Source: Nitrospirota bacterium
GTDB lineage: Bacteria > Nitrospirota > UBA9217
DNA length: 64,000 nt
NCBI GenBank assembly: GCA_963754875.1
Contig: CAVWHO010000017.1
Span: forward strand, 64,001 to 128,000
Reading direction: 5' to 3'
The notes beneath the pieces were generated by a model. The model was not told the origin of the DNA and did not search any database. It was given only the letters and a program-made list of their open reading frames with translations. Positions 30,200-40,128 of the stretch are shown one piece after another (the stretch's first letter is position 1; each line of letters begins with the position of its first letter). The position numbers and the translations under genes are program-made.

Positions 30200-30559
30200 G
30201 ACGATGCTGTGCAGCATCCGTACAATTGACTACGCGCTGATTGCGGCGAATCCTTCCCACAGAGTCCCTTTCTCCGGCAAGCACGTAATGCTGAATGTAA
30301 AATGATGATCCGACGGGTAGGGAATGGTGTCAGAAAAGCGTCGTGTCCTAAGCTACGCGGAGACGGAATGTTTTGCGATTCTTATTAAATATGCTCTATA
30401 CACATGCATCATACTGTTCTATACTTAAAAGGTCGCATGTTCTTGCAACAGTAGACCATTTGCTGCTTCTCTGGTAGCCTGCCGCTTGTTCTGTCATACT
30501 GTCTCCAATGTTGCTATGGAAGACGTCGTATATTTTTGGATAACCTATGGATAGCGAAA

Positions 30560-31115
30560 GTGAATTACCCCGCAGCAGAGCTGCGGGGCATCCTAAATGC
30601 GCTAGAACCTAAAGCCAACTTGCTCATCATGCTGATACCGAATATACTTTCTTATAACTTCTGCCGTTACTTTGTCGCCAACCGAACGGACAAAGTAGCC
30701 GTCATTCCAGAGTTCTCCTCCCCAAAGTTTTTTCTTTATCTCGGGGAATTCTCGAAACATCATCTTTGCCGATATGCTTTTGATTATCTGTACTACCCTC
30801 GCTGGAGCATACTTCGGTGGCACAACCAAAAACAAATGCACATGATCATCCATTGCTTCCATCGTATCTATTTCAAATTCATATCGCTCTGCGATCTCAC
30901 GAAATATCTCTTTCAGTCTCGTCGTCATTCGATCGCTGAACAGCTTCCTTCGATATTTTGGTATCCATACAAAATGGTACTTCAGATCATAGACGCTATG
31001 TTTGCTTCTTCTCAATGGGCTCATGGCCCGTATTGTAACAGATTCTCATCCTGACTTCGTCAGGATATCCTTTTCATCCCAGCAGCAGAGCTGCTGGGTA
31101 TTTCAGGATGTTTTT
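30560..31115 (-). mobile_element. IS200/IS605-family element, tnpA only (no tnpB)
   Basis: matching subterminal hairpins CCCCGCAGCAGAGCTGCGGGG (30568-30588) and CCCAGCAGCAGAGCTGCTGGG (31078-31098); right end TTCAC; left end follows TTTAT in element orientation; no TSD. Confidence 0.88.
30602..31024 (-). CDS. tnpA: IS200-type HUH (Y1) transposase
   Basis: YHFVWIPKYRR, DHVHL (HUH), LWGGELWNDGYFV, catalytic Tyr in KYIRYQ. Confidence 0.95.
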   Translation of the reverse strand: MSPLRRSKHSVYDLKYHFVWIPKYRRKLFSDRMTTRLKEIFREIAERYEFEIDTMEAMDDHVHLFLVVPPKYAPARVVQIIKSISAKMMFREFPEIKKKLWGGELWNDGYFVRSVGDKVTAEVIRKYIRYQHDEQVGFRF

Positions 31116-31123
31116 ATAAAATA

Positions 31124-34100
31124 GTGGGACGGAATGCCGATCTTGAAGAGGCGGAGCTCAAGTATCATACGCTTTTTGAACAATCGCCTGATGGAATCTT
31201 GCTGCTTGATGCCAAAGGAAATATCCTCGATTTCAACACAAATGCGCACAGGCAACTGGGATATACAAGGGAGGAATTTTCGAAGCTTCGCATTTCAGAT
31301 CTCGACCCCTTCGAAACCCAGGAAATGATAGAAGCTAAAATCCAGGAAATGGTGAAGTGGGGAAAGGCCGAACACGAGGTCAAACACAGGACGAAAAATG
31401 GAGAAATGAGGGACGTCCTGGTCATTACCCAGAAACTTGTGTTGTCGGGCCAGACGTTCCTTCATGCTATTTGGCGCGACATCAGCGAGCGCAAGCGAGG
31501 GGAGGACGCGCTTCGGGAAAGCGAAAAAAAATTCCGCACTCTTTTCGAATCAGCAAATGACGGACTGTTTATTCTGGACATGAAGGGGAACATCGTTGAT
31601 TTCAACCATATCGCCAATGTACGGCTCGGCTATACGCGTGAGGAAATGCTGCACATGAATATATCGCAGTTCAACGAACCGTCGTTTGCACCCATGATTT
31701 CAGACCGTATAAAACACCTTAAAAAATACGGACAGCTGGTGGCAGAATTAGCACACGTAAGGAAAGACGGCACCAGCATGCCGGTCGAGATCAATGCCCG
31801 TGTGCTTAATTTAGACGGGAAGGAAGTTATTTTCAGCATGGTAAGGGATATTACCGAGCGCAAACGGGCAGAGCAGGCGCTCAGGGAGTCCGAAGAACGA
31901 TTCCGTCTTATTCATGATCAATCACCGCTGGGGATAGGGTTTCTGGACGTCAACGGCTACGTCGTTGAATGCAATGAGGCGGTTACAAAGATCATAGGGA
32001 CTTCGAAGGAAAAGCTTATTGGATGGAGCATGAAGGATAGTCTCACGAATGCGTCCATGACCTCCGCGCTCGCCAAGGCTTATTCGGGATCGACGGGGGT
32101 TTTTGAAGGGGACTACACAGCCGTTTCGAGCGGAAAGAAAATAGTTGTACGGGAGATATTCAGCCCACTCCTCAAGGAAGACGGAACCTTGCGAGGTATT
32201 CTCTTCATGATCGACGATATCACGGGGCGCAAGCTGACCGAGGATTTACTCCGTGCAAGCCAGAGCATGTACAAGGCTATCGTAGAAAATCAAGCGGAGT
32301 TTGTCGTGCGCTATGTCCGCGGCGGGATATTGACATTCGTTAACGATACCTTATGCCACTATTTGAACTTGCAACGGAGCGATCTTATCGGCAAATCCTA
32401 TTATCCTTTTATACACAAAGAAGACAGGACGGCATCTATCAGGCAGGTGGAGGAACTCAGCGTCAAGAAGCCGTTGACGGTGATTGAGTCGAGAATCGTG
32501 CTGAGCGATGGAAGTATAGCCTGGCATAAATGGACGCACAATGCTCTTTTCGATAAAGACGACAATATCATTGAATATCAGGCTACGGGAAGGGACATCA
32601 CCGACAGCAGATCGATGGAAGAGGCCCTGCGCCAAAGTGTGCATTTCATAAGAAATATTCTCGACAGCGTTGATGAGGGCTTCATCGTTGTCGACCGTAA
32701 CTATCAGGTTATTACTGCAAACAGGGCGTACTGCAACCAGGTCGGTTTGCCCGTCAGCGAAGTAGTGGGAAAACTATACTCCCGTGAATCCGAAATGCTC
32801 GGAATCCCAAGCTGTGAAGAAGACGATGAGTGTGCGGTCAGGAGAGTCTTTGAAACAGGCAGGCCCTATGCTGCATACCGTCAGTATAACGACCGCGATG
32901 GGAATATGGTCTATATAGAAACCAAGGCATTTCCGCTGAAGGACGCATCTGGGGTCGTTACATCAGTGGTCGAATCAATCAGCAACATTACGGAAAAACA
33001 TGAGCTGGAAAATGAGCGCTTGAAGACTCAGAAACTCGAGGCCATAGGCACCTTAGCCGGCGGCATTGCCCATGACTTTAATAATTTATTGCAAGGCGTG
33101 TTCGGATACATATCCCTCGCGAAAATGACGGCTGACAGGAAGGAAAAAAGCATTGCTGCGCTTGAACAGGCTGAGAAGGCATTGCACATGTCCGTCAAGC
33201 TGACAAACCAGCTATTGACGTTTTCCAAGGGGGGGAAACCGGTTAAGAGACTTTTCGATCTTTTGTCTGTCACTGAAAATGCGGCAAAGTTCGCACTGAG
33301 CGGATCGCGGTCTGACTACCATATCGTTGCCGACCGGGAGCTTTGGCAGGTCGAAGCCGACGACGGCCAGATCGGCCAGGTGATACAGAACATCGTACTG
33401 AACGCAGATCAGGCCATGCCGGAAGGCGGGCGGGTGGAGATTACGGCAAAAAATATCCAGACCACTGATAAGGACGTTCCACAGAGTTTGCAGAAGGGGA
33501 ACTATCTCCAGATCGCAATCAGGGACAGCGGCATCGGGATCTCCCCGCAATATATTGCTAAAATATTCGACCCCTATTTCACAACCAAGGAAAGAGGCAG
33601 CGGCTTAGGTCTGGCGACATCTTACTCCATCATTAGAAACCACGGTGGCCTGATTGATGTCAAATCCGAGCTGACCAAAGGAAGCACTTTTACTATTTAT
33701 CTTCCCGCAGTCGCAGAGAAAGACAAAGCCACTGTTCCGAAACTGACGCCAACAGTGGTACGCGTTCGCCCCTGCAAGGTCCTTCTCATGGACGATGAAC
33801 AGGTCATTCGTGACGTAGGCGGAGAGATAATCAGGGAACTGGGGCATGAGGTGGAGTTTGCGGTTCACGGCGAAGATGCAGTTAAGAAGTATCGGGAAGC
33901 GTTGGAATCAGGAAAGCCGTTTGATATGGTCATTCTTGACCTGACGATTCGAGGTGGAATGGGAGGTGCGGAAACACTCCAGAAACTCGTAAAAATCGAT
34001 CCAGGAGTAAAAGCCGTTGTATCCAGCGGATACTACGATGATGAACTTTTATCGAAGCACCAGGAACAAGGCTTCAAGACATTTCTCAAAAAACCCTATA

Positions 34101-34147
34101 ATGTCGAGGATTTAAAAAGAATTATTGATAGGCTGCTGAACTCATGA
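31124..34147 (+). CDS. multi-PAS hybrid sensor histidine kinase (native start probably separated by the IS)
   Basis: five PAS units; GGIAHDFNNLL; HATPase boxes; receiver FDMVILDLT. Confidence 0.92.
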   Translation: MGRNADLEEAELKYHTLFEQSPDGILLLDAKGNILDFNTNAHRQLGYTREEFSKLRISDLDPFETQEMIEAKIQEMVKWGKAEHEVKHRTKNGEMRDVLVITQKLVLSGQTFLHAIWRDISERKRGEDALRESEKKFRTLFESANDGLFILDMKGNIVDFNHIANVRLGYTREEMLHMNISQFNEPSFAPMISDRIKHLKKYGQLVAELAHVRKDGTSMPVEINARVLNLDGKEVIFSMVRDITERKRAEQALRESEERFRLIHDQSPLGIGFLDVNGYVVECNEAVTKIIGTSKEKLIGWSMKDSLTNASMTSALAKAYSGSTGVFEGDYTAVSSGKKIVVREIFSPLLKEDGTLRGILFMIDDITGRKLTEDLLRASQSMYKAIVENQAEFVVRYVRGGILTFVNDTLCHYLNLQRSDLIGKSYYPFIHKEDRTASIRQVEELSVKKPLTVIESRIVLSDGSIAWHKWTHNALFDKDDNIIEYQATGRDITDSRSMEEALRQSVHFIRNILDSVDEGFIVVDRNYQVITANRAYCNQVGLPVSEVVGKLYSRESEMLGIPSCEEDDECAVRRVFETGRPYAAYRQYNDRDGNMVYIETKAFPLKDASGVVTSVVESISNITEKHELENERLKTQKLEAIGTLAGGIAHDFNNLLQGVFGYISLAKMTADRKEKSIAALEQAEKALHMSVKLTNQLLTFSKGGKPVKRLFDLLSVTENAAKFALSGSRSDYHIVADRELWQVEADDGQIGQVIQNIVLNADQAMPEGGRVEITAKNIQTTDKDVPQSLQKGNYLQIAIRDSGIGISPQYIAKIFDPYFTTKERGSGLGLATSYSIIRNHGGLIDVKSELTKGSTFTIYLPAVAEKDKATVPKLTPTVVRVRPCKVLLMDDEQVIRDVGGEIIRELGHEVEFAVHGEDAVKKYREALESGKPFDMVILDLTIRGGMGGAETLQKLVKIDPGVKAVVSSGYYDDELLSKHQEQGFKTFLKKPYNVEDLKRIIDRLLNS

Positions 34148-34497
34148 TCACAACTACACAAGCCGACCTCCATGATCAGCGCGATCACATAGAATTCTCA
34201 TTTAAGTTTTTTCATCTACGAAATCTCCTGAAGCAACTGAAGTTTCTATTCTCGGGAGCAATTATATTGGCAGATTGGATTCGTTAACATTTGCATAAGT
34301 ATGCAATCGATACCGTTGATTTCCCCATAAATCTGGCAAATATTCGTAGAAAATTCGGTGCTCCTGTGATATACTCTGTTCTAACCCAGTGACATTATTA
34401 GCCTAAATGTTATCGGGAAGGCCATGTAAAGTGGCCGAGCCAGGCAACAGAGCAATCTGCACGATTTTGCATCCGCGAAAAACAATTCCCAAATGGA

Positions 34498-35997
34498 ATG
34501 AGGTGTTCTGCTATGACGTTACTGATACTAGGAATCGTCCTCGCCATTCTTTTTCTCGATCCCTCCATGTGCCGGGCTGATGCAATTTCACATTTAATCA
34601 ACGTGTTCACGGCTGACAGGGCTACGCCGTTAGCGATAGTAACAGGACTTATCATACTCGTAGAAGCTTTAATGCTGCGTAATTTATACGGTGCCTTCCA
34701 CGATCCTCTGACGGGCCTCCCCAACCGGACACTTTTCATGGACCGGCTCCAGCAGGCCATCACGGCGTCGCAACGCCGCCATGGTTCTCCCAGCTACGCG
34801 GTCTTCTTCCTCGGCATGGACCCGTTTAAGATCACCAAAGACAGCCTCGGTCATACCCTTAGCGAGCAACTCCTCGTCGCGGTCGCTCGAACGCTGGCCG
34901 ATTGCATCCGGCCCGGCGACACCATCGCGAGGCTGGGTGGCGATGAATTCGCGATTCTTCTGTCGAATGTCAGCGACCCCGCCTACACCGTCAACGTTGC
35001 CGAACGGATCCGGGAAAAATCGGCTTTTCCGCTCGATATCAAAGGCCATAAAGTAATTACGTCGATCAGTACGGGCATTGCCTTGGGCGCGGAAGGCTAT
35101 GAACGGCCGGAACAGGTCCTGCGCGATGCGGATATCGCCATGTACGAGGCAAAAGAACGGGGGAATGCATCATTTGAGATCTTCGATGCCAACCTGCATC
35201 CCCATCTTCTGGATCGGATGCAGCTGGTGGCGGATCTGCGGGGCGCAGTCGACAATAAGGAGCTTACTCTCTATTATCAGCCCATCATCGGCCTGAAAAC
35301 GCAACAGTTGACGGGATTTGAAGCACTCGTTCGCTGGAATCATCCGAAGCGGGGCCTCATCTGTCCCATGGAGTTCATCCCCCTGGCAGAGGAGCATGGA
35401 CTCATCTATCAGATTGGAGATTGGATTCTTTACGAAGCCTGCCGCGAGCTGAAATTGCTTCAGGTGCGGTACCCTGCGCAGCCACCGCTCAATATGAGCA
35501 TCAATATTTCAAGCAGGCAATTCTCGCAACAGGACCTTGTCGGCACCCTCTCCGGATTTCTGACCGAGACGGGCATTGATCCGCACACTTTGATATTGGA
35601 AATCACCGAAAGCATGATCATGGAGAACGTTGGCGCTGCCGTGGAGACAATGAACCGGCTGCGCAACATGGGGATACAGATCCATATTGATGATTTCGGC
35701 ACCGGCCATTCTTCGCTGAGCTACCTGCAACTCTTTCCGGTCAGCGCGCTCAAGATCGACCGCAGTTTTATCAACAAACTTACAGCCAACGGTGACAATC
35801 AGGAAATCATCACACACATTGTTTCCCTGGCCAAGAGCCTGAATTTCGAGGTGATTGCCGAGGGAGTCGAAATGGAGCACCAATTAGCCAATATCAAGAA
35901 CCTGCACTGCGGCTACGGCCAGGGTTTCCTCTTTGCCCGTCCCATGGCTTTTAATGCAATAGACGCATGGATGCAAAAGCAGAAGCGTCAAATGTAA
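34498..35997 (+). CDS. membrane GGDEF-EAL protein (probable c-di-GMP phosphodiesterase)
   Basis: HDPLTGLPNR, RLGGDEF; EALVRW, LEITES, DDFGTGHSSL, LKIDRSF, AEGVE, QGFLF. Confidence 0.9.
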   Translation: MRCSAMTLLILGIVLAILFLDPSMCRADAISHLINVFTADRATPLAIVTGLIILVEALMLRNLYGAFHDPLTGLPNRTLFMDRLQQAITASQRRHGSPSYAVFFLGMDPFKITKDSLGHTLSEQLLVAVARTLADCIRPGDTIARLGGDEFAILLSNVSDPAYTVNVAERIREKSAFPLDIKGHKVITSISTGIALGAEGYERPEQVLRDADIAMYEAKERGNASFEIFDANLHPHLLDRMQLVADLRGAVDNKELTLYYQPIIGLKTQQLTGFEALVRWNHPKRGLICPMEFIPLAEEHGLIYQIGDWILYEACRELKLLQVRYPAQPPLNMSINISSRQFSQQDLVGTLSGFLTETGIDPHTLILEITESMIMENVGAAVETMNRLRNMGIQIHIDDFGTGHSSLSYLQLFPVSALKIDRSFINKLTANGDNQEIITHIVSLAKSLNFEVIAEGVEMEHQLANIKNLHCGYGQGFLFARPMAFNAIDAWMQKQKRQM

Positions 35998-36187
35998 GGC
36001 CTCATTATTCGGGATCAGGTGTCTCCTGAGTGGATCCGTCCCGAACGAGGCAGGACCGTCACGAGGGGAGGGGTTCGTAATCACCCCTTTGTGGCCCCCT
36101 CAAATTCTTCAAGCTCTTTTCCCTGCATTCTGGAGTTCCGAAACCATCTTGCCTGGTATGGTTTTCATCTCGCAATAGATACCCCGG

Positions 36188-38809
36188 CTAATTCTTGCTG
36201 GTAGTGAAGCTCCAGAAATAGTCATTCTGCATCATATTGCCTGCCAGGTCCCTCACCCCGGCGCTCACCCGGGCGGTGTACAGCGTATTTTTCTTAAGAG
36301 CGCTGGCCGGCGTGAAGATGGCTGTCGCACCGCTATAACTCACCGTGCAGGAAATAGTAGCGCCGCCTCCGCTGAGTGTAAAGGCAATGGTTGCCGGGTC
36401 CACCGGCTCACTAAACGTCACGCTGGGGGCTATATTCACAGCCACAGCCGTGGCTCCTGTCGCAGGGGTCGTGGCTGTGACGCCCGGCGGTAGTATGTCG
36501 GGCGCTGTTCCGGTCATGAAGCTCCACAAGTAATCATTCGGCATTGCATTGCCTGCCAGGTCCTTTACCCCGGCGCTCACGGTTGCCGTGTACTGGGTAC
36601 CGTATGTCAGAGAACTCGACGGTGTGAATATGGCTATTGTTCCGCTGTAAGTTATATTCCCGGCGACGGGAACACCTCCTGCATTGAGTGTAAAGGCAAT
36701 GGTTGCCTGGTTCACCGGTTCACTAAACGTCACGCTGGGGGCTATATTCACGGCCACACTCGTGGCTCCCGTCGCAGGGGTCGTGGCTGTAACGCCCGGC
36801 GGCAGTATGTCGGGCGCTGTTCCGGTCATGAAGCTCCAGAAGTAACCATTTGGCATCGCATTGCCTGCCAGGTCCTTTACTCCGGCGCTCACGGTTGCCG
36901 TGTACTGGGTACCGTATGTCAGAGAACTCGACGGCGTGAAGATGGCTGTTGTACCGCTATAACTCATCGTGCAGGGAACGGCAGCGCCGCCTGCGCTGAG
37001 CGTAAAGGCAATGGTTGCCTGGTTCACCGGTTCACTAAACGTCACGCTGGGGGCTATATTCACGGCTACACCCGTGGCTCCCGTCGCAGGGGTCGTGGCT
37101 GTTACGCCCGGCGGCAGTAGGTCCGGCGCTGTTCCGGTCATGAAGCTCCAGAAGTAACCATTCGGCATCGCATTGCCTGCCAGGTCCTTTACCCCGGCGC
37201 TCACGGTGGCCGTGTAGAGGGTACTGTATGCCAGAGAACTCGACGGCGTGAAGATGGCTGTTGTTCCGCTGTAAGTTATATTTCCGGCGATCGCCAAACC
37301 TCCCGCGCCGAGTGTAAGGGCAATGGTTGTCGGGTCCACCGGTTCACTAAACGTCACGCTGGGGGCTATATTCACGGCCACACCCGTGGCTCCTGTCGCG
37401 GGGGTCGTGGCTGTGACGCCCGGCGGCAGTATGTCCGGCGCTGTTCCTGTCATGAAGCTCCAGACGTAATCATTCGGCATCGCATTGCCTGCCAGGTCCT
37501 TTACTCCGGCGCTCACGGTTGCCGTGTACCGGGTACCGTATGTCAGAGAACTCGACGGCGTGAAGATGGCTGTTGTACCGCTATAACTCATCGTGCAGGG
37601 AACGGCAGCGCCGCCTGCGCTGAGCGTAAAGGCAATGGTTGCCTGGTCCACCGGCTCACTAAACGTCACGCTGGGGGCTATTGTCACAGCCACAGCCGCG
37701 GCTCCTGTCGCGGGGGTCGTGGCTGTGACGCCCGGCGGTAGTATGTCGGGCGCTGTTCCGGTCATGAAGCTCCAGAAGTAATCATTCGGCATTGCATTCC
37801 CTGCCACGTCCTTTACCCCGGCGCTCACGGTGGCCGTATACAGGGTAGCGTATGCCAGAGAACTCGACGGCGTGAAGATGGCTGTTGTACCGCTATAACT
37901 CATCGTGCAGGGAACGGCAGCGCCGCCTGCGCTGAGCGTAAAGGCAATGGTTGCCGGATCCACCGGCTCACTAAACGTCACGCTGGGGGCTATATTCACA
38001 GCCACACCTGCGGCTCCTGTCGCAGGGGTCATAGCTGTTACGCCCGGCGGTAGTATGTCCGGCGCTGTTCCTGTCATGAAGCTCCAGAAGTAACCATTTG
38101 GCATCGCATTGCCTGCCATGTCCTTTACTCCGGCGCTCACTGTTGCCGTGTACTGGGTACCGTATGTCAGAGAACTCGATGGTGTGAAAATAGCAGCTGT
38201 CCCGTTGTAAGTTATATTCCCGGCGACGGGAACACCTCCTGCGCTGAGTGTAAAGGTAATGGTTGCCTGGTCCACCGGCTCACTAAAGGTCATAATAATG
38301 GAAGCATTCGGCTGAACATTGACAATGCCATTTCCCGGCGTGGTGTCCATTACGCTGGGAGGTGTCGTGTCCGGTGACGTCCCCGTGTTAAATGAAGATA
38401 TGTAAGGGACGGACATGTGAATCCCGTACGAATCCTTCACGTTGGTGCCGACAGTGACTTGATAGAGAGTTGCTGGGTTCAGGATGGAAGACGGTTTGAA
38501 GACAGCAGCGGAGACACCGGCGGCGTCCGTGTATGTGATCGATCCCGGCAAACTGTTTAGGCCGTCAGCAAGCGTAATCGTTTGATCATTAATGGTGGAG
38601 GCATCCATCTCCTTACTGAACATTATCGTGATGCCGCCATTCAGGTTCACGGGGACATCCACCGACCCGTTCGCAGGAATCGTGGATTTTACCTGGGGCG
38701 GCGTCTTGTCTGGAGGCGGCATCGGTCCCTCGCGACCGCATGCTGAGAGCAGTGGCGCCGCTGCGAGAACAACTACCAATAGAAATGAGAGTTTCGTCAT
38801 ATCCTTCAC
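36188..38809 (-). CDS. lipoprotein with eight tandem Ig-like (Big_5/SbsA-type) domains
   Basis: lipobox LSAC; repeats of P.V..TTP..GA..V.VN....VTFSEPVD...AIFTP...L...T.YTATVSAGVKDLAGN. Confidence 0.92.
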   Translation of the reverse strand: MKDMTKLSFLLVVVLAAAPLLSACGREGPMPPPDKTPPQVKSTIPANGSVDVPVNLNGGITIMFSKEMDASTINDQTITLADGLNSLPGSITYTDAAGVSAAVFKPSSILNPATLYQVTVGTNVKDSYGIHMSVPYISSFNTGTSPDTTPPSVMDTTPGNGIVNVQPNASIIMTFSEPVDQATITFTLSAGGVPVAGNITYNGTAAIFTPSSSLTYGTQYTATVSAGVKDMAGNAMPNGYFWSFMTGTAPDILPPGVTAMTPATGAAGVAVNIAPSVTFSEPVDPATIAFTLSAGGAAVPCTMSYSGTTAIFTPSSSLAYATLYTATVSAGVKDVAGNAMPNDYFWSFMTGTAPDILPPGVTATTPATGAAAVAVTIAPSVTFSEPVDQATIAFTLSAGGAAVPCTMSYSGTTAIFTPSSSLTYGTRYTATVSAGVKDLAGNAMPNDYVWSFMTGTAPDILPPGVTATTPATGATGVAVNIAPSVTFSEPVDPTTIALTLGAGGLAIAGNITYSGTTAIFTPSSSLAYSTLYTATVSAGVKDLAGNAMPNGYFWSFMTGTAPDLLPPGVTATTPATGATGVAVNIAPSVTFSEPVNQATIAFTLSAGGAAVPCTMSYSGTTAIFTPSSSLTYGTQYTATVSAGVKDLAGNAMPNGYFWSFMTGTAPDILPPGVTATTPATGATSVAVNIAPSVTFSEPVNQATIAFTLNAGGVPVAGNITYSGTIAIFTPSSSLTYGTQYTATVSAGVKDLAGNAMPNDYLWSFMTGTAPDILPPGVTATTPATGATAVAVNIAPSVTFSEPVDPATIAFTLSGGGATISCTVSYSGATAIFTPASALKKNTLYTARVSAGVRDLAGNMMQNDYFWSFTTSKN
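36200..38290. repeat. 312-nt (104-aa) intragenic tandem repeat, six near-identical units plus a partial seventh
   Basis: identical blocks recur every 312 nt; antisense ORFs repeat at 36345, 36969, 37593 and 37905. Confidence 0.93.
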
Positions 38810-39335
38810 GCTATTTCCTTATGCCTGGGAGACAGTATCGGATATGCCTCAGATCCCGAGGAACGTGCTTGGCCTCAATTCCAGAACTCATTCAAATTTT
38901 ACGGTATGACTCTGCAGGTAAAATAGTTGGACACCGAGTTGCCCATCAGTGTCATAACCAGGACCTGAATGCCAATGATTCGCCTTCCCGCAACTCGACC
39001 GTCCTGTGGCCCCCCTACCTCAAGCACTTCACGTCTCCGCTCACAGGAGGTTCACCTCACATACGGGAGATGCTGTCGTTTAAAAGGCTTGGAGGTAATA
39101 TCTAAAAGAAATTAAACTACAGGATTCTCACGTATATTTTATTTCTAGCATAAAGCAAACATAAAGTAAATGGTTCGAAAGGGTATTTTTAGGGGACATT
39201 GAATAAACATGCAGGAAGAAGCAGATAACAACAAGGACCTTCACAGTCTGGCCCGTCGTCCAGGATGGCTACATCATACCCATGCCGTCATGCAAGTAAA
39301 CAGGAGAGAGGGCGTATGTTGAGTAACGGTCCTGA

Positions 39336-39740
39336 TCAGTATTGCGGGAGACATCCATTCAGTCTTGTAAGAATCCTATCCGGATCTCGAACCTGTTTGC
39401 TGGGTTCCACTTGTTTAATTTGATACCGAAGGTACTCTTCTTCAATTCGCGTAAGGGAAAGGAATCGGATGCCGCACCGGTATCGACTCCCGATTTGCTT
39501 ACGCCACAGCAGGACACCGCATGTTTGTCCATAAACAAATTCCTTGAAGCAGACAACGCCCGGCTGTATCGGGAGATCTGTCTCGATGCCGAGACCTATT
39601 ATGCTGCGATTTAGAATCTTGGCAAGATAATCTGTGCGCACGAGATTATTAAACGAGATGACCTCGACGGAACCGTTTAGATCACTTAAAAACGGTTGCC
39701 AGGTCACCTCTTTTCTCTGAGTACGTCTTTTCTCATCCAT
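39336..39740 (-). CDS. PilZ-like hypothetical protein
   Basis: EKRRTQR, NRSIIGLGI, GVLLW, RCGIRF. Confidence 0.65.
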   Translation of the reverse strand: MDEKRRTQRKEVTWQPFLSDLNGSVEVISFNNLVRTDYLAKILNRSIIGLGIETDLPIQPGVVCFKEFVYGQTCGVLLWRKQIGSRYRCGIRFLSLTRIEEEYLRYQIKQVEPSKQVRDPDRILTRLNGCLPQY

Positions 39741-40128
39741 TATGGTTTACTCCACAACTATAATGATTTGGTCTTATCCATCACTATGTACATATAATCA
39801 CAGTTATAAAAAGTTGTCAATATCAAGATCAAGGATTTATGATTGTCCACTTTAGTGCAGATAATCGCCAGAAGTTGAGGCGGTCCCTGCACGCCGGATA
39901 ACCAAAAATACCCTTAAAATACCCCGCACAGGAACTTGCACCGAAGCTTGATTTATGATAATCATATAAATAGTCAAAGTTGTTTTTTTAACAAGGCTCT
40001 GTGTAACTGAATGAGGGATGGCATCTCTCACGTGTCCTATTATTGCTGGTACACGATAATTCCAAGCCCTTCAGGTGAGTTGCCTAAAAGGATTTACCAC
40101 ACATCCTCAATGAAAACCAGGACGGCTT

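Noticed and set aside
30560..30601. tnpB or omega-RNA cargo in the IS200/IS605 element
   Set aside because: Only ~40 nt lie between the tnpA stop and the right end, so there is no room.
30536..31054. 172-aa plus-strand ORF over the IS200 element
   Set aside because: Antisense shadow of tnpA with no recognisable motif.
36200..38290. Long regular repeats as a possible CRISPR array
   Set aside because: The 312-nt period is in-frame coding sequence with no unique spacers, and no cas genes are present.
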